Assembly (NCBI GenBank): GCA_965222505.1
Contig: OZ244956.1
Coordinates: forward strand, 788,581-852,580
Origin: Rhodothermales bacterium
GTDB lineage: Bacteria; Bacteroidota; Rhodothermia; Rhodothermales; DATKEJ01
DNA length: 64,000 nucleotides
Direction: 5' to 3'
Position numbers and translations under genes: made by a program. Below the pieces are notes generated by a model, which was given only the letters and a program-made list of their open reading frames with translations, was not told where the DNA came from and ran no database searches. Below are positions 48,465 to 59,060 of this stretch, piece after piece; positions within the stretch are counted from its first letter, which is position 1, and every line of letters begins with the position of its first letter.

Positions 48465-49316
48465 TCACTCCACCTCAGCATTCCAAACGGCCTGTCCAAA
48501 CCGCAACACGGCCCGCCCGATGCTGAACAGAATGTAACACATGGCCGAAATAAAGAGGCCAACTTCCTGCAAAAAGACGGTAAGCGTAGCACCAATGAAG
48601 AAAAAAATCACGACCCAGCGATGGGATTTCAAGGCAACCGGCGTCAGTTTGGGAAAGGAATCAAACTGTACATCGGTCAACATCAAGGCCGAGAGGATCA
48701 CCACAAACGGAATCAACACAGACAACCGTCCCAATGCTAGGCCATCAAACCATGAAGGATCCTCAAAGGTTAGAATAAACGCCACCAGCGTACCGGCGGC
48801 AGCCGGAATGGGAAGTCCTTCGAAGTATGGCTTTTTCTCGCCTTCCGACTCTACATTAAACCGGGCCAACCGAACCGCCCCGCAAATGGCCGGTAACGCT
48901 GCAATGAGTATACCCACCGTCCCAAACTGCTCAAAACCGTACTGAAAAATCAAAAACGACGGGGCTACCCCAAAGCTGACCAGGTCACTCAGCGAGTCCA
49001 GTTCAATGCCAAACGCGCTATCGCCCTGCGCCAGACGGGCCATCAAACCATCCAACAGGTCGAAGAATGCGGCCAACACAATTAACCAGGCCGCCCGCGT
49101 GAGGTGCCCCTCGCTGGCCTGAATGATGGAAACGAACCCACTGAGCAGGTTCATCAAGGTAAAAAACGACGGGACGGCAACCCGGCTCCGGCTCGGAACC
49201 TGAGGCGGACGCACCGGGCGCGAATCTCGATAGGCCGCCAGCCGTCGCCGCAGCTTGGGTTTGGACACCCGATGTACGCGGGGTCTCTTTTGATCAGCAG
49301 AATCCGGGACGGACAC
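48465..49316 (-). CDS. pssA: CDP-alcohol phosphatidyltransferase (CDP-diacylglycerol--serine O-phosphatidyltransferase-like)
   Basis: 283 aa; CDP-OH_P_transf motif ...DLLDGLMARLAQGDSAFGIELDSLSDLVSFGVAP... Confidence 0.75.
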   Translation of the reverse strand: MSVPDSADQKRPRVHRVSKPKLRRRLAAYRDSRPVRPPQVPSRSRVAVPSFFTLMNLLSGFVSIIQASEGHLTRAAWLIVLAAFFDLLDGLMARLAQGDSAFGIELDSLSDLVSFGVAPSFLIFQYGFEQFGTVGILIAALPAICGAVRLARFNVESEGEKKPYFEGLPIPAAAGTLVAFILTFEDPSWFDGLALGRLSVLIPFVVILSALMLTDVQFDSFPKLTPVALKSHRWVVIFFFIGATLTVFLQEVGLFISAMCYILFSIGRAVLRFGQAVWNAEVE

Positions 49317-49328
49317 AAGCGTTGGGGT

Positions 49329-50036
49329 TTATCGTTTGGCGGCGGCTTGTTCGGAGGATGGCGCGTGGTGCGGAGCTATGGGCGGCAACGTACCGAGTAT
49401 CGTCAACCCACCCTTGACCACATCGCCGACGGCCACCTGAATATCAACATCCAGCGGGACCAATACATCCATGCGCGAGCCAAACTTCACGATGCCGAAC
49501 CGATCGCCGGCCTTGACTACATCGCCCAGATTGACGTGGTATACCACCCGGCGGGCCAGAAAACCGGCAATCTGTTTGAACAACACCGGCGTCCCACTCG
49601 GATGCCGCAGCCCCAGCACCGATCGTTCATTTTTCTCGCTGGCCTTGGGATGCCACGCCACCAGATAATCACCAGAAATGTAATCTACATACTCCATCAC
49701 CCCATCAGCCGGAATGCGATTGACATGTACGTTCAACGGCGACAAAAAAATCGAAACCTGCCACGCCCGCCCCTTCAAATAAAGCGGCTCATCCACTTCC
49801 TCAACCAAGACCACCTTTCCGTCAGCGGGGGCCAACAACAACTGCCCGTTAGCCGCTTCGGCAGGGGGTGTGCGCTGGGGATCTCTGAAAAAGTACAGGG
49901 TAAAGGCCACCGTCAACAGCCCCAATATCCAGCACAACACGGACCACGGCGAAGACACCCCGTATCCGATGAGGCCCAATACTGCTGCAACCAGTATGGC
50001 GCCGCCGACAAGTCCGTATCCTTCAGGTGCAATCAC
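49329..50036 (-). CDS. psd: Phosphatidylserine decarboxylase (short/archaeal-type proenzyme)
   Basis: 235 aa; ...IVKFGSRMDVLVP... GS(R/T) self-cleavage-type motif; located directly upstream of pssA. Confidence 0.75.
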   Translation of the reverse strand: MIAPEGYGLVGGAILVAAVLGLIGYGVSSPWSVLCWILGLLTVAFTLYFFRDPQRTPPAEAANGQLLLAPADGKVVLVEEVDEPLYLKGRAWQVSIFLSPLNVHVNRIPADGVMEYVDYISGDYLVAWHPKASEKNERSVLGLRHPSGTPVLFKQIAGFLARRVVYHVNLGDVVKAGDRFGIVKFGSRMDVLVPLDVDIQVAVGDVVKGGLTILGTLPPIAPHHAPSSEQAAAKR

Positions 50037-50130
50037 ATTATTGGTAATTGGTGATTGGGTACTCTTAAATCATAAATGACAAATCACAAATAAAATAGCG
50101 TTTTCCCATGTTTGCCGATGGGGTCTTGCA

Positions 50131-51495
50131 ATGAAAAATCACGGAACGCCGCCTTTGGACCTTCGTTCAAGCCGCGTTTCTTACCTCCCTGCTATGCCGC
50201 GCGTTTCCTTTCATACCCTGGGCTGTAAACTCAACTACGCCGAGACCTGCACCCTGGCCCATCAGTTTGAAGAACAGGGCTACACGACGGTCGGCTTCGG
50301 CGATCCTGCCGAGATTACGCTCATCAACACCTGCTCGGTTACCGAACAGGCCGAGCAAAAGTGCCGCAATACCATCCGCCGTGCCCTGCGGGCCAACCCG
50401 GAGGCCTTCGTCATTGTGACGGGTTGCTATGCCCAACTGCATCCGGAAACCCTGGCCGCTCTCCCCGGTGTCGATGCCGTGCTGGGCGCATCCGAAAAAT
50501 TCCGGCTGTTCCATCTGATCGATTCCTTTTCGAAAACCGAAAACACACAGGTGGCCGTCTCTTGTATCGATGAGGCCACCGACTTTGGCCCAGCCTTCTC
50601 GGCAGGGAGCCGGACCCGTGCTTTTCTGAAAGTTCAGGATGGGTGCGATTATACCTGTTCCTTCTGTACCATTCCCCTTGCCCGTGGGGCCAGCCGCTCC
50701 CATCCCATCGACCAGACCCTTGCCCAGGCCCAGCGCCTGGCAGAGCAAGGCTACCGCGAGGTGGTCCTGAGCGGCATCAACATCGGCCTGTATGGACAAG
50801 AACACGGGGCAAGTTTTTATGACCTGATCCGGTGCATGGATCGGGTGGACGGCATCGAGCGGTTTCGGATTTCGTCGATTGAGCCGAACCTGCTCTCGGA
50901 TGAGATCATTGATTTTGTAGCGGACTCGGACAAATTCCAGCCCCACTTCCACATCCCGTTGCAAAGCGGGGATGATGAGGTGCTGGGCAAAATGCGGCGG
51001 CGTTACCGGCGCGGCCTGTACACGGAACGCATCACCCGCATCAAACGGCTGATGCCGCAGGCCTGCATCGGCGTGGATGTAATCGTGGGCTTTCCGGCTG
51101 AGACCAATACCGCGTTTATGAACACCTGGGCATACCTCGCTGACCTCCCGGCCTCGTACCTGCATGTGTTCACCTACTCCGAACGCCCGGACACCGCCGC
51201 CGTCAACCAGTTGGAGCACATGGGCGGTCCGTCCGTCCCCAAGGCCGAGCGCAGTCGACGCAGCAAACGGCTGCGCCTGCTCTCCGAGCAAAAACGGCTG
51301 GCGTTCTACGCCGAACACCTCGGCCAAACCCGCCCCGTCCTGTGGGAGCACACCGCCCGTACCAATGGCGCCATGACCGGCTTTACGGACAACTATATCA
51401 AGGTCGAAACCAACTATGACCCGGAACGTGCTGGATGCATCGAACCCGTTCCCCTTTGTAAACTGACCGAAGCCGGTACGGTGCGTGCTGCCTAG
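50131..51495 (+). CDS. mtaB: Radical-SAM methylthiotransferase, MtaB-like (tRNA t6A37 methylthiotransferase); MiaB/RimO family
   Basis: ...VSFHTLGCKLNYAETC... (N-terminal UPF0004 Cys triad), radical-SAM CDYTCSFC, C-terminal TRAM-like region. Confidence 0.7.
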   Translation: MKNHGTPPLDLRSSRVSYLPAMPRVSFHTLGCKLNYAETCTLAHQFEEQGYTTVGFGDPAEITLINTCSVTEQAEQKCRNTIRRALRANPEAFVIVTGCYAQLHPETLAALPGVDAVLGASEKFRLFHLIDSFSKTENTQVAVSCIDEATDFGPAFSAGSRTRAFLKVQDGCDYTCSFCTIPLARGASRSHPIDQTLAQAQRLAEQGYREVVLSGINIGLYGQEHGASFYDLIRCMDRVDGIERFRISSIEPNLLSDEIIDFVADSDKFQPHFHIPLQSGDDEVLGKMRRRYRRGLYTERITRIKRLMPQACIGVDVIVGFPAETNTAFMNTWAYLADLPASYLHVFTYSERPDTAAVNQLEHMGGPSVPKAERSRRSKRLRLLSEQKRLAFYAEHLGQTRPVLWEHTARTNGAMTGFTDNYIKVETNYDPERAGCIEPVPLCKLTEAGTVRAA

Positions 51496-51711
51496 GCCGT
51501 GTTGACAATTAAGCGTAAACGTCGTTTTTGGCCCGTTTCGGGCCGATAACCGGCCCTCTTGGCCCACTCTGCGTTGCATTTCTCCTGAAATGCGATCCCC
51601 GATGATGGATCGGGGGCATTGCAGTCAAAATGCGCCTTGATTGGGCCTGGGCCGATCCACGGCCCTAACGACCTCAAAACCGCCTGTTGATCTAATGGTC
51701 AACACGGCCTA

Positions 51712-53931
51712 GTGTTTAACTTTTCTTTTAACTTTTCTTCCGCGGTGTTCAACCAGCGTCTTTTTTTCACCCTTGTCTTTGGTGCAACCCTGGTTGCACC
51801 GGTGCTTGCACAAGATGCTCCAGACCGTCCTCGTGTGGGCCTCGCCCTGAGCGGCGGAGGCGTACGGGGGTTTGCCCACGTCGGGGTCCTCAAGGTCCTG
51901 GAAGAGATCAACATGCCCATCGATTACATCGCCGGGACCAGCATGGGCGGCATCATCGGGGCACTCTACGCCTCCGGCTACCGGGCCGATGCGCTGGAAG
52001 AACTGGTATTGACCACCGACTGGTCCCGCTTCTTCGCCGATGCCCCCGCCCGACGCTACCTCGATATGGATGCCAAACGCCGCGACGGTCGGTTCATCGG
52101 CTCCCTTCCCATTTACAACCGAACCCGCCTCGTCCTGCCCTCTGGCCTGATTGCCGGGCAACGCATTGCCGAGTTTATGGCCCGGCTCACGTGGCAGGTC
52201 CATCACATCGAGGATTTCACCCAGCTCCCCATTCCATTCGTCTGTGTAGCAACTGACATTGAAACCGGCAAAGCCGTGCCCTTACGGGGGGGCTACCTGC
52301 CCCAGGCCCTTCGCGCCAGCATGGCTGTGCCGTCTGTGTTCACGCCGGTCAAACTGGGCAATCAACTGCTGGTAGACGGCGGCGTTGCCCGAAATCTGCC
52401 CGCACAGGATGCCCACGACCTTGGGGCCGATATCGTGATCGGGGTGGATGTTTCTGCCCCACTTCGTACCGACGCGGAAATCCGCTCCTTTCTGGACATC
52501 CTGGACCAGACCGTCGGCTTTTACATGCAACTTTCCACTGAAGCCCAGCAGCGTTTGGTGGATCACCTGATCCTGCCCGAAGTGGCCGGGTATGGCCTGT
52601 TTGACCTGGATCAAACCCAGGAGATGATCCAACAGGGCGAAGCTGCTGCCCGCCGCATCCTCCCTGAACTGAAAGCCCTGGCCGATTCCCTCAACAGGGA
52701 CGCTGGACCGGCACCGGTCTACATTGCGGCCCCACTGGATTCCGTGTACGTCACCGATCTGCGCATCGAGGGTCTTCGGAATACGCCACGCCGCCTGGTC
52801 GAATCCCAATTAGACCTGACCCTCCCGATGTGGCTCACTGCCGATGCCCTCAAAGACGAAATGGACCGGGTGTACAGCACCCAATTCTTCGAGCGCGTGA
52901 CGTACCAACTCGAACCCATGACAAACGGCACCCGGTTGGTGATTCATGCGCTGGAACGCCAGGATGACCTGCTCCGCTTCGGGTTTCGTTACGACCCTGA
53001 GGAAGGCCCTGCCCTTCTCTTGAATGCCACCTACAGTAACCTGCTTGCCCGGGGGTCGCTGCTACTCAATGAAGTGCGTTTGGGCGAACACATCACGGCT
53101 TCATCCGAGTACCTGGTCGGGCTGGGCCGGCGAGACCGACTGGGGTGGAGTACCCGTGCAGGGATACACATCCAGAACTACAAAACCCCTGCTACGTCAG
53201 TCTTGCCATTTGTTGAATTTCGGACATCTGTCTATTCGCTGGAATCAAGCGTGGCTACCTATTTCTCGACCACCGGCCTATACGGCATCGGTATTCGAGA
53301 AGAGTTGAGTACCATCAAGCCGAAAGTGGCCCCACCGGACGTCGAAGTGGAGCACACGCACCTGCAAATGTTGCACAACACGTTCTGGGTGGATTCCATT
53401 GACCGGGCAGTGTATCCACGCCGGGGTCATTTTTTGTACTGGCGCAACGAAGGCACCACAGCAGCTTTGGGGAGCGACCTGACGTTCTCGCAGCATCGGC
53501 TCCTCTGGCGCGGCGCATTTCCCTCGTCCATCGACCCCAACCTGAGTGTACATACCGGCTTACAATGGGGGGCGACCTTCGGAGACCCCGTGCCAGTGCA
53601 TTACCGCTTCCGACTTGGCGGCATGAATACCTCAGATTTTACGCTGGGTCAGTTTGTTGGCCTGGAAGTGGGTGATCGCACAGGCCGGTTCATGAAAGTG
53701 CTATCGCTGGCCCTGCAGGCCGAGGTGATCAAAGACCGGTTTTTGCTGCTTCACGCGAACGTCGGCAACACCACCGAAACCTGGAACTGGGCATTGTCCG
53801 AAGAGGAATTTGAATGGGGATTTGGCCTCACGCTCGGGGCGCTGACGCGCATCGGCCCACTCGAAGCCACCTTCGCCACCAGCTCCCGCAAAGAATCCCT
53901 CCTGAACATCAACGTAGGCTTCCGGTTCTAG
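51712..53931 (+). CDS. Patatin-like phospholipase fused to a C-terminal Omp85/surface-antigen beta-barrel (PlpD-like, type Vd secretion architecture)
   Basis: 739 aa; signal peptide; GLALSGGGVRGFAHVGVL plus GTSMGG (patatin G-x-S-x-G) and a DGG region; C-terminal barrel ending ...NVGFRF. Confidence 0.8.
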   Translation: MFNFSFNFSSAVFNQRLFFTLVFGATLVAPVLAQDAPDRPRVGLALSGGGVRGFAHVGVLKVLEEINMPIDYIAGTSMGGIIGALYASGYRADALEELVLTTDWSRFFADAPARRYLDMDAKRRDGRFIGSLPIYNRTRLVLPSGLIAGQRIAEFMARLTWQVHHIEDFTQLPIPFVCVATDIETGKAVPLRGGYLPQALRASMAVPSVFTPVKLGNQLLVDGGVARNLPAQDAHDLGADIVIGVDVSAPLRTDAEIRSFLDILDQTVGFYMQLSTEAQQRLVDHLILPEVAGYGLFDLDQTQEMIQQGEAAARRILPELKALADSLNRDAGPAPVYIAAPLDSVYVTDLRIEGLRNTPRRLVESQLDLTLPMWLTADALKDEMDRVYSTQFFERVTYQLEPMTNGTRLVIHALERQDDLLRFGFRYDPEEGPALLLNATYSNLLARGSLLLNEVRLGEHITASSEYLVGLGRRDRLGWSTRAGIHIQNYKTPATSVLPFVEFRTSVYSLESSVATYFSTTGLYGIGIREELSTIKPKVAPPDVEVEHTHLQMLHNTFWVDSIDRAVYPRRGHFLYWRNEGTTAALGSDLTFSQHRLLWRGAFPSSIDPNLSVHTGLQWGATFGDPVPVHYRFRLGGMNTSDFTLGQFVGLEVGDRTGRFMKVLSLALQAEVIKDRFLLLHANVGNTTETWNWALSEEEFEWGFGLTLGALTRIGPLEATFATSSRKESLLNINVGFRF

Positions 53932-53932
53932 T

Positions 53933-55414
53933 CATTAGTTTAGCGGTTTCAGGCAGCTCTTGTCTTGTTAGAGGCCGCAGAACCGCGATGTTGTCTATGT
54001 TTTTCTGCCAAAGTGGACCAAAAACCCACTTTGGGTAAAATTCCACACTGGTACAGATGCTCTCTGGTGATCCAGGTCACATCATGAAGGCTCGGCCCCT
54101 GTTTACTCAGGTACCAAGGCCGATAACGCGTCAAGCTCACCTCGGCTTCGGTCTGCTCAAGCCGACGGGCCAGAAACAGCACCTGGGCTGCGGTGACGAT
54201 CAAGCGAAAGGCATTGATTGAGACAATGCGACGATACCGCCGACACCGATCCTGGCCCAAGCCCAGGCTCTGACGCGCCTGCCAGATCGTGATCTCAATC
54301 GACCACCGGGCCTTGTATTCATCCAACACCTGTTCAGCATCCAGATTCAGCGCCGTTGTGAAGTAAGCCTGGATCCAGCGATCGCGTTTCCATTTACGGC
54401 TAGCTTGCCGCCAGGCGAGACGGCGTACCAAGACCACTTGCAGATCCACTTCCGGCATCACACTGTGCCAGCGACACCGAAGCAGATACACCTCAACGCC
54501 GGGTTGATGCTCACGCCAGTCGTCTTCGGCCAGCGCCAACTGTTCAGGCGTTCCCAAACGAGGCCCTTTCTTGGCCTTGCGACCCCGACCACGACGCGGC
54601 ACAGGCCGTGCGTACAACGGACTGTTCTTCGACAAACGACCGATCACATCGACTTGACCGGGCAGATCACGCAAAAACTGCTTCGTGGCATAATTGCCGT
54701 CTTGAACTGATAAAACGGCTCTATCGGTGCCCACGACGCCGACAACGCGGTCGAGCATGGCCCGTGCCAACGCACTCGGGCTCTGATAGACCACATCAAG
54801 GGCCTGGTCCGAACGCACATACAACGCCAGACCGATGGGCACCGAGATGTACTGGTCAGGCCAGGGCTTGAGTCGAATCAACATTTCAGCTATGATGAAC
54901 TGCAAGCCCCACAGCGTACGATATTCCTGGCGCGCCGTGCCGGCCCCGTTGCGAAAAGCGGCACAGCCGTCAATCGATCGGCCGGTTTTCTTACATGTAG
55001 TCTCGTCAAAGCGGACACGTACCGGTTCATGTTCGGGCACAAAACGGGCCGCGATGGTGATCACGGTGATCCAGAGCCAGTCGAGTTTGTCATAGAGTGG
55101 ACCACCGATGAAGACATAGAAACGGGTAAAGTGCTTCACGGCCGTGGCCCCACTACGCCAGAGGTAGTTGGCAATGGTGTGTCGACTCGGCGACAGACAG
55201 AATCCGAGTGCGAGTATCAGAAAGCTTTGCCGCGCACGTTGGTTGAACAGGTCGGCAAACTCGGTGTCAAGGAACGAACCAAAGTCAGTACGTATAAACG
55301 AATCCACGGCGGTGCTCTGAAGGTGAGGTTGAAGGATGACAACTCCCTCACTTCTCAAGTGCCGTCGTGTTTCTTTTTTACATCAAAGCAGCGCCATTTT
55401 TCGCTAAACTAATG
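53933..55414 (-). mobile_element. IS4/IS701-like insertion sequence (about 1.48 kb) with 13-bp perfect terminal inverted repeats CATTAGTTTAGCG and a 6-bp target-site duplication TCTAGT
   Basis: Left end tctagt|cattagtttagcg (53927-53945). Right end cgctaaactaatg|tctagt (55402-55420). Single DDE transposase ORF inside. Confidence 0.85.
53949..55358 (-). CDS. DDE transposase (IS4/IS701 family)
   Basis: 469 aa; typical IS4-superfamily length and composition, with motifs such as ...VLSVQDGNYATKQF... and a C-terminal ...YKARWSIE... region. Confidence 0.8.
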   Translation of the reverse strand: MRSEGVVILQPHLQSTAVDSFIRTDFGSFLDTEFADLFNQRARQSFLILALGFCLSPSRHTIANYLWRSGATAVKHFTRFYVFIGGPLYDKLDWLWITVITIAARFVPEHEPVRVRFDETTCKKTGRSIDGCAAFRNGAGTARQEYRTLWGLQFIIAEMLIRLKPWPDQYISVPIGLALYVRSDQALDVVYQSPSALARAMLDRVVGVVGTDRAVLSVQDGNYATKQFLRDLPGQVDVIGRLSKNSPLYARPVPRRGRGRKAKKGPRLGTPEQLALAEDDWREHQPGVEVYLLRCRWHSVMPEVDLQVVLVRRLAWRQASRKWKRDRWIQAYFTTALNLDAEQVLDEYKARWSIEITIWQARQSLGLGQDRCRRYRRIVSINAFRLIVTAAQVLFLARRLEQTEAEVSLTRYRPWYLSKQGPSLHDVTWITREHLYQCGILPKVGFWSTLAEKHRQHRGSAASNKTRAA

Positions 55415-55605
55415 TCTAGTGCACCGGCTAGCTTATTCTGCCGGGTTTCGCTCGGCCCTGTAGGCTGTGTTTGCTCTCTTGCTGGTCGGCAAGGTGAGTA
55501 CGGCAAAACCATCCTTGCACCACAAACACAAAGCTGTCCCCTCTTCGGTTGAGGAGGGGACAGCGCTATCACGTTAACCGAAAGGCCATGATGGATCAAA
55601 GGTGG

Positions 55606-55915
55606 TCAGTTGATCACAACCGTGTAACTGAGTTCAACCTTGCAACTCGCCGCTTTGCTGACCGGTACACTAATGGGCGTATTGCTATCCTCAGGGAGGT
55701 TGCTCCACCCGGTCGGCCCGAAGGTATGGGTGGCCGTATTGCTCCGGTTCAGGTCATTGTAGTTGGGGGGGCCGAAAGGCGGATCGTCCCGCTCCCGGGC
55801 CGCGAGCTTGACGGAAAACTTTTCCCCCTCCCGCCGCTCGGCAGTGAAGGAAACCTGCTGGTTTTCGATTAACGCAACAGATCGAACCGAATTTAATATT
55901 CCTTCATCAAACCTT
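55606..55915 (-). CDS. Hypothetical small protein immediately downstream of vanZ-like gene (possible TTG start)
   Basis: The open frame continues from the VanZ stop overlap to 55606; no recognisable family. Confidence 0.25.
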
Positions 55916-55921
55916 AACAAA

Positions 55922-56473
55922 TCATTTGCTGCCGCGCCGCCGCGCCCAGGCCAGTGCCACACTTGCCAGAATCGCCATCCCTCCTGCCACAACGTTGAAC
56001 AGAATGTCACGGGGGTCAAACACGCGGCTCGGCAGAAACATCTGGATGCATTCATCAACCACTCCGAAAAACGCGGTGGCCAGGGCAGCAAGCAACGCAG
56101 GCACGGGAACGTTTTTACCTTGGCCCTTGCGCTCCAGTAGGGCCTGATGTATGAAAACGGCGACCACGCCATACTCGATGAGGTGGGTGCGTTCCTCGGG
56201 GATCGTCATCCGGACGAACACCATGAGGTAAGCCGCCGCGATGCCCAGCACTACGGCAATCTCGGCACCCCCCGGCTTCGTCTTGAGCCCATGCACCACG
56301 ATGGTCGCCCCCACCAGAAGCATGCCGAGGACGAAAGCGGCAACCAGCAAGCCACTTTCGCGCAAGGCCCCGGCTAGGGATCGCGTCAAACCAAGCGTCC
56401 CGTAGATCGCCACCAGGACGGCAGCGGTCCAGAGCCAGAGGTGTCGTTCCCGTTTGGAGGTAAATAAAGCCAT
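55922..56473 (-). CDS. VanZ-like family membrane protein
   Basis: 183 aa, 4-5 TM helices, ...FFGVVDECIQMFLPSRVFDPRDILFNVVAGGMAIL... typical VanZ C-terminus. Confidence 0.6.
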   Translation of the reverse strand: MALFTSKRERHLWLWTAAVLVAIYGTLGLTRSLAGALRESGLLVAAFVLGMLLVGATIVVHGLKTKPGGAEIAVVLGIAAAYLMVFVRMTIPEERTHLIEYGVVAVFIHQALLERKGQGKNVPVPALLAALATAFFGVVDECIQMFLPSRVFDPRDILFNVVAGGMAILASVALAWARRRGSK

Positions 56474-56510
56474 AGCGTACGCCCTTCCTGCCCCATTGAC
56501 CTTGAACGCG

Positions 56511-58082
56511 TCAGGACTGCGGGTTGCTCATCCGCTTCACGATCCAGCGGTTGCCCGCGATCAGCAGGAGCAGGATGCCTGCCCATTGGACAAGTACCGT
56601 CATCAGACTGGCCGGTTGAAATGGGTCATACCAGTTTTCATCGACGGAATCGGCCAGCCACCACACCAACAGCGTCACAGCTGCAACAGGGATGAAGTAT
56701 TTGACAACATAGACCCACATCTTACTGACCGCCCAATCCTCACCCTTGCCCAACAGGTATTCTTCCCGCATGTTGCTGACCCCGTTTTGTATGACGATGA
56801 AGGCGACGAAGGCCCCTGAGATCATCAACGCAACGCCCCATACAAAATCCTGATTGCTCAGAATTTTGAGGTTGATGGCAGAAGGAATGCCAAACAGATA
56901 GCTGACGCCCACAACCATGCCAATGGCCTGGGGTCGGCTGAGGCCCGCATCGATACAGACCCGCGTGGGCAATTCCAACTGGGCAATGAGTGAAGAGAAC
57001 CCGGCAAAGGTCAGGCCGAGGAAGAACAGGATGGCAAGCGGGCTTCCCAGAAACATCCTTTCAAAAAGCTGGGGCATCCAGATGAAGGTCAGCCCCGTTG
57101 AGGCCGGGCCGCTGGTCTTCATGACCTCTAGAATTTCGGCCTTGTTCATGCCCAATTCCACTTGCAGGATGGAAAAGACCGTTGCGAAGATCATCAGCGC
57201 AGCCAGCAAAGAGACCGTGTTGTTGCCCACGGCTGTAGCAATGGCATTTTTGACGATGCCCTGTTTGGTGCTCATGTAGGCGGCGTAGGTAAGAAACAGC
57301 CCCCATCCAGCACCGGTATCCCAGGCGTTCTGCGTCAAGGCTTCAATCCAGATCTTGGGTGCCCCGAGTTGACTCCATTCCGGCGTAAAGAGATACGCGA
57401 CGCCCTCCATGGCCCCCGGCAACATAAGCGCACGCACAACCGAAACGATGACGATCACAAGAAGCGTTGGCACGAGTACTTTGTTGACGCGCTCGATAGA
57501 GCGGACCCCTTTCCAGATGGCAAGCGCGCCAAACCCCATCGCGATCCCGTGAAACAAGAGCGGCCAGCCACTGCTCTGGTAATCATTCCATACAGACATG
57601 GCATCCGCAGTCGTCATCGGCAGCGGCTGTGTGACCATCTGGATGAGATAGAAGATGCACCATCCCACAACGACAGAATAGAAGAAGGTAATGGCCGTTG
57701 CCACGAAGGCCACAAAAGCCCCCATCCAGGCAAACCGTTCCCCGCCGGCCTTGATAAAGGTGCTGACCACACCAACGCGATGCTTTCTCCCCCACACGTA
57801 TTCGATCATGATCAGGGGGATGCTCCAGGCAAAGAGAAACACGAGCCAGGCTACCAAAAACGCACCGGCCCCCGCCTCCCCACCGTTCTGGGCGGCAATG
57901 CGCGGAAAGCGCCAGATGTTACCGGTACCAACCGCGATGCCCAGTACACTCAGGAAAAATCCCCAGCGGGAGGAAAAGCGCTGTGTGGTATGTTCTAATC
58001 GTTCCGACATAGAATCTGATGGCGTTGATGAGGAGGAGCCAGAGCGGGTAGAACATACAAAGACCGGCTGTAAGTCGCACAT
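56511..58082 (-). CDS. Neurotransmitter:sodium symporter (SNF/NSS) family transporter
   Basis: 523 aa; ...GTGNIWRFPRIAAQNGG... signature; 11-12 TM helices. Confidence 0.9.
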   Translation of the reverse strand: MCDLQPVFVCSTRSGSSSSTPSDSMSERLEHTTQRFSSRWGFFLSVLGIAVGTGNIWRFPRIAAQNGGEAGAGAFLVAWLVFLFAWSIPLIMIEYVWGRKHRVGVVSTFIKAGGERFAWMGAFVAFVATAITFFYSVVVGWCIFYLIQMVTQPLPMTTADAMSVWNDYQSSGWPLLFHGIAMGFGALAIWKGVRSIERVNKVLVPTLLVIVIVSVVRALMLPGAMEGVAYLFTPEWSQLGAPKIWIEALTQNAWDTGAGWGLFLTYAAYMSTKQGIVKNAIATAVGNNTVSLLAALMIFATVFSILQVELGMNKAEILEVMKTSGPASTGLTFIWMPQLFERMFLGSPLAILFFLGLTFAGFSSLIAQLELPTRVCIDAGLSRPQAIGMVVGVSYLFGIPSAINLKILSNQDFVWGVALMISGAFVAFIVIQNGVSNMREEYLLGKGEDWAVSKMWVYVVKYFIPVAAVTLLVWWLADSVDENWYDPFQPASLMTVLVQWAGILLLLIAGNRWIVKRMSNPQS

Positions 58083-58119
58083 GCGGCGTCAATCAGGTCA
58101 GCCCTTCTGCTCCAGACGC

Positions 58120-58863
58120 TCAAACGCGCTCAGCCCCCCAGACCACCACATCAATGCGCCGTGCGAAATGCAGTAACGGGGGTGCATCTGCAACCTGAAG
58201 CCCATGCAGGGCGAGCATGGAGTTCTCAAGCCACTCGGCTTCTGCGGGTTGCAATGACCAGGGCAGGTGATGAACCTCATTGCGTAGCAGCGATCCATCA
58301 GGGGCCTGGGCATACAAACAATACCGTTCCGTGAGCCAATGCTCAAGCGCCCCCGGCACGGATCTGTATGGGGCACCCGTGGGACGATACCGACATCGGA
58401 GCCACGCCGCTTCTTCATGACGAGATGAAGTAAAGTCGATGGCATCGCCCGCTTGCGTCAGGGACATTGCCGCATGGTAATACGGGAGGTAAAAAAACCG
58501 GCGGGCGGCCCAAACCGCGAGCGGATTCGCGGCATCCAAACTCAGAAACCAAACCCCCGGCTTGCCTTCGGCTTCGACGTAGAGCCGAACGTTGAGTTCG
58601 GGAAACGCCGAAATCCAGGGCAGGTCAGGCAAAGGTCGCCGCATTACTCCGGCCATTCTGAACGGCACCAGCCCGATCCATGACGTGCCGTCGTATTCCT
58701 GTATTTTCAAGTCCGGCGGGACAAGATGACGCAGGCTCGCCGCAGGAATCGGCCAGTGAGCAAAAAGCAAATCACACCATGATTGTCGCCAGGTCCAGGG
58801 CTTCGACGGCAAGGCCCAGGGGCGATGATCGGTTTGAGAAAAGGCAACGTGCATGGTGTTCAT
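58120..58863 (-). CDS. DUF2071 (YqjF-like) family protein
   Basis: 247 aa; family assignment from overall recall of YqjF-like proteins; forms an operon-like pair with the SNF transporter. Confidence 0.45.
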   Translation of the reverse strand: MNTMHVAFSQTDHRPWALPSKPWTWRQSWCDLLFAHWPIPAASLRHLVPPDLKIQEYDGTSWIGLVPFRMAGVMRRPLPDLPWISAFPELNVRLYVEAEGKPGVWFLSLDAANPLAVWAARRFFYLPYYHAAMSLTQAGDAIDFTSSRHEEAAWLRCRYRPTGAPYRSVPGALEHWLTERYCLYAQAPDGSLLRNEVHHLPWSLQPAEAEWLENSMLALHGLQVADAPPLLHFARRIDVVVWGAERV

Positions 58864-59060
58864 AGGGGTTCAACAGCAGATCAAAAACATTGCTAAAAGG
58901 TAACACGCCCAACTGAAAATCACGATCTTTTCGCGCTCGCCCGCTGCCCTTTCCCTTCAGCCGACAAACGGCGGTCAGGTCTTGCCATGTTCAATTCCTG
59001 TGTCTATGTTGCTTTGCCTGAAACCTAAACATATCCATCCACCGGGAAGGACTGACAGCC

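Noticed and set aside
51492-51677. 61-aa ORF just after mtaB
   Set aside because: Short, no homology, lies in an intergenic GC-rich stretch. Probably non-coding.
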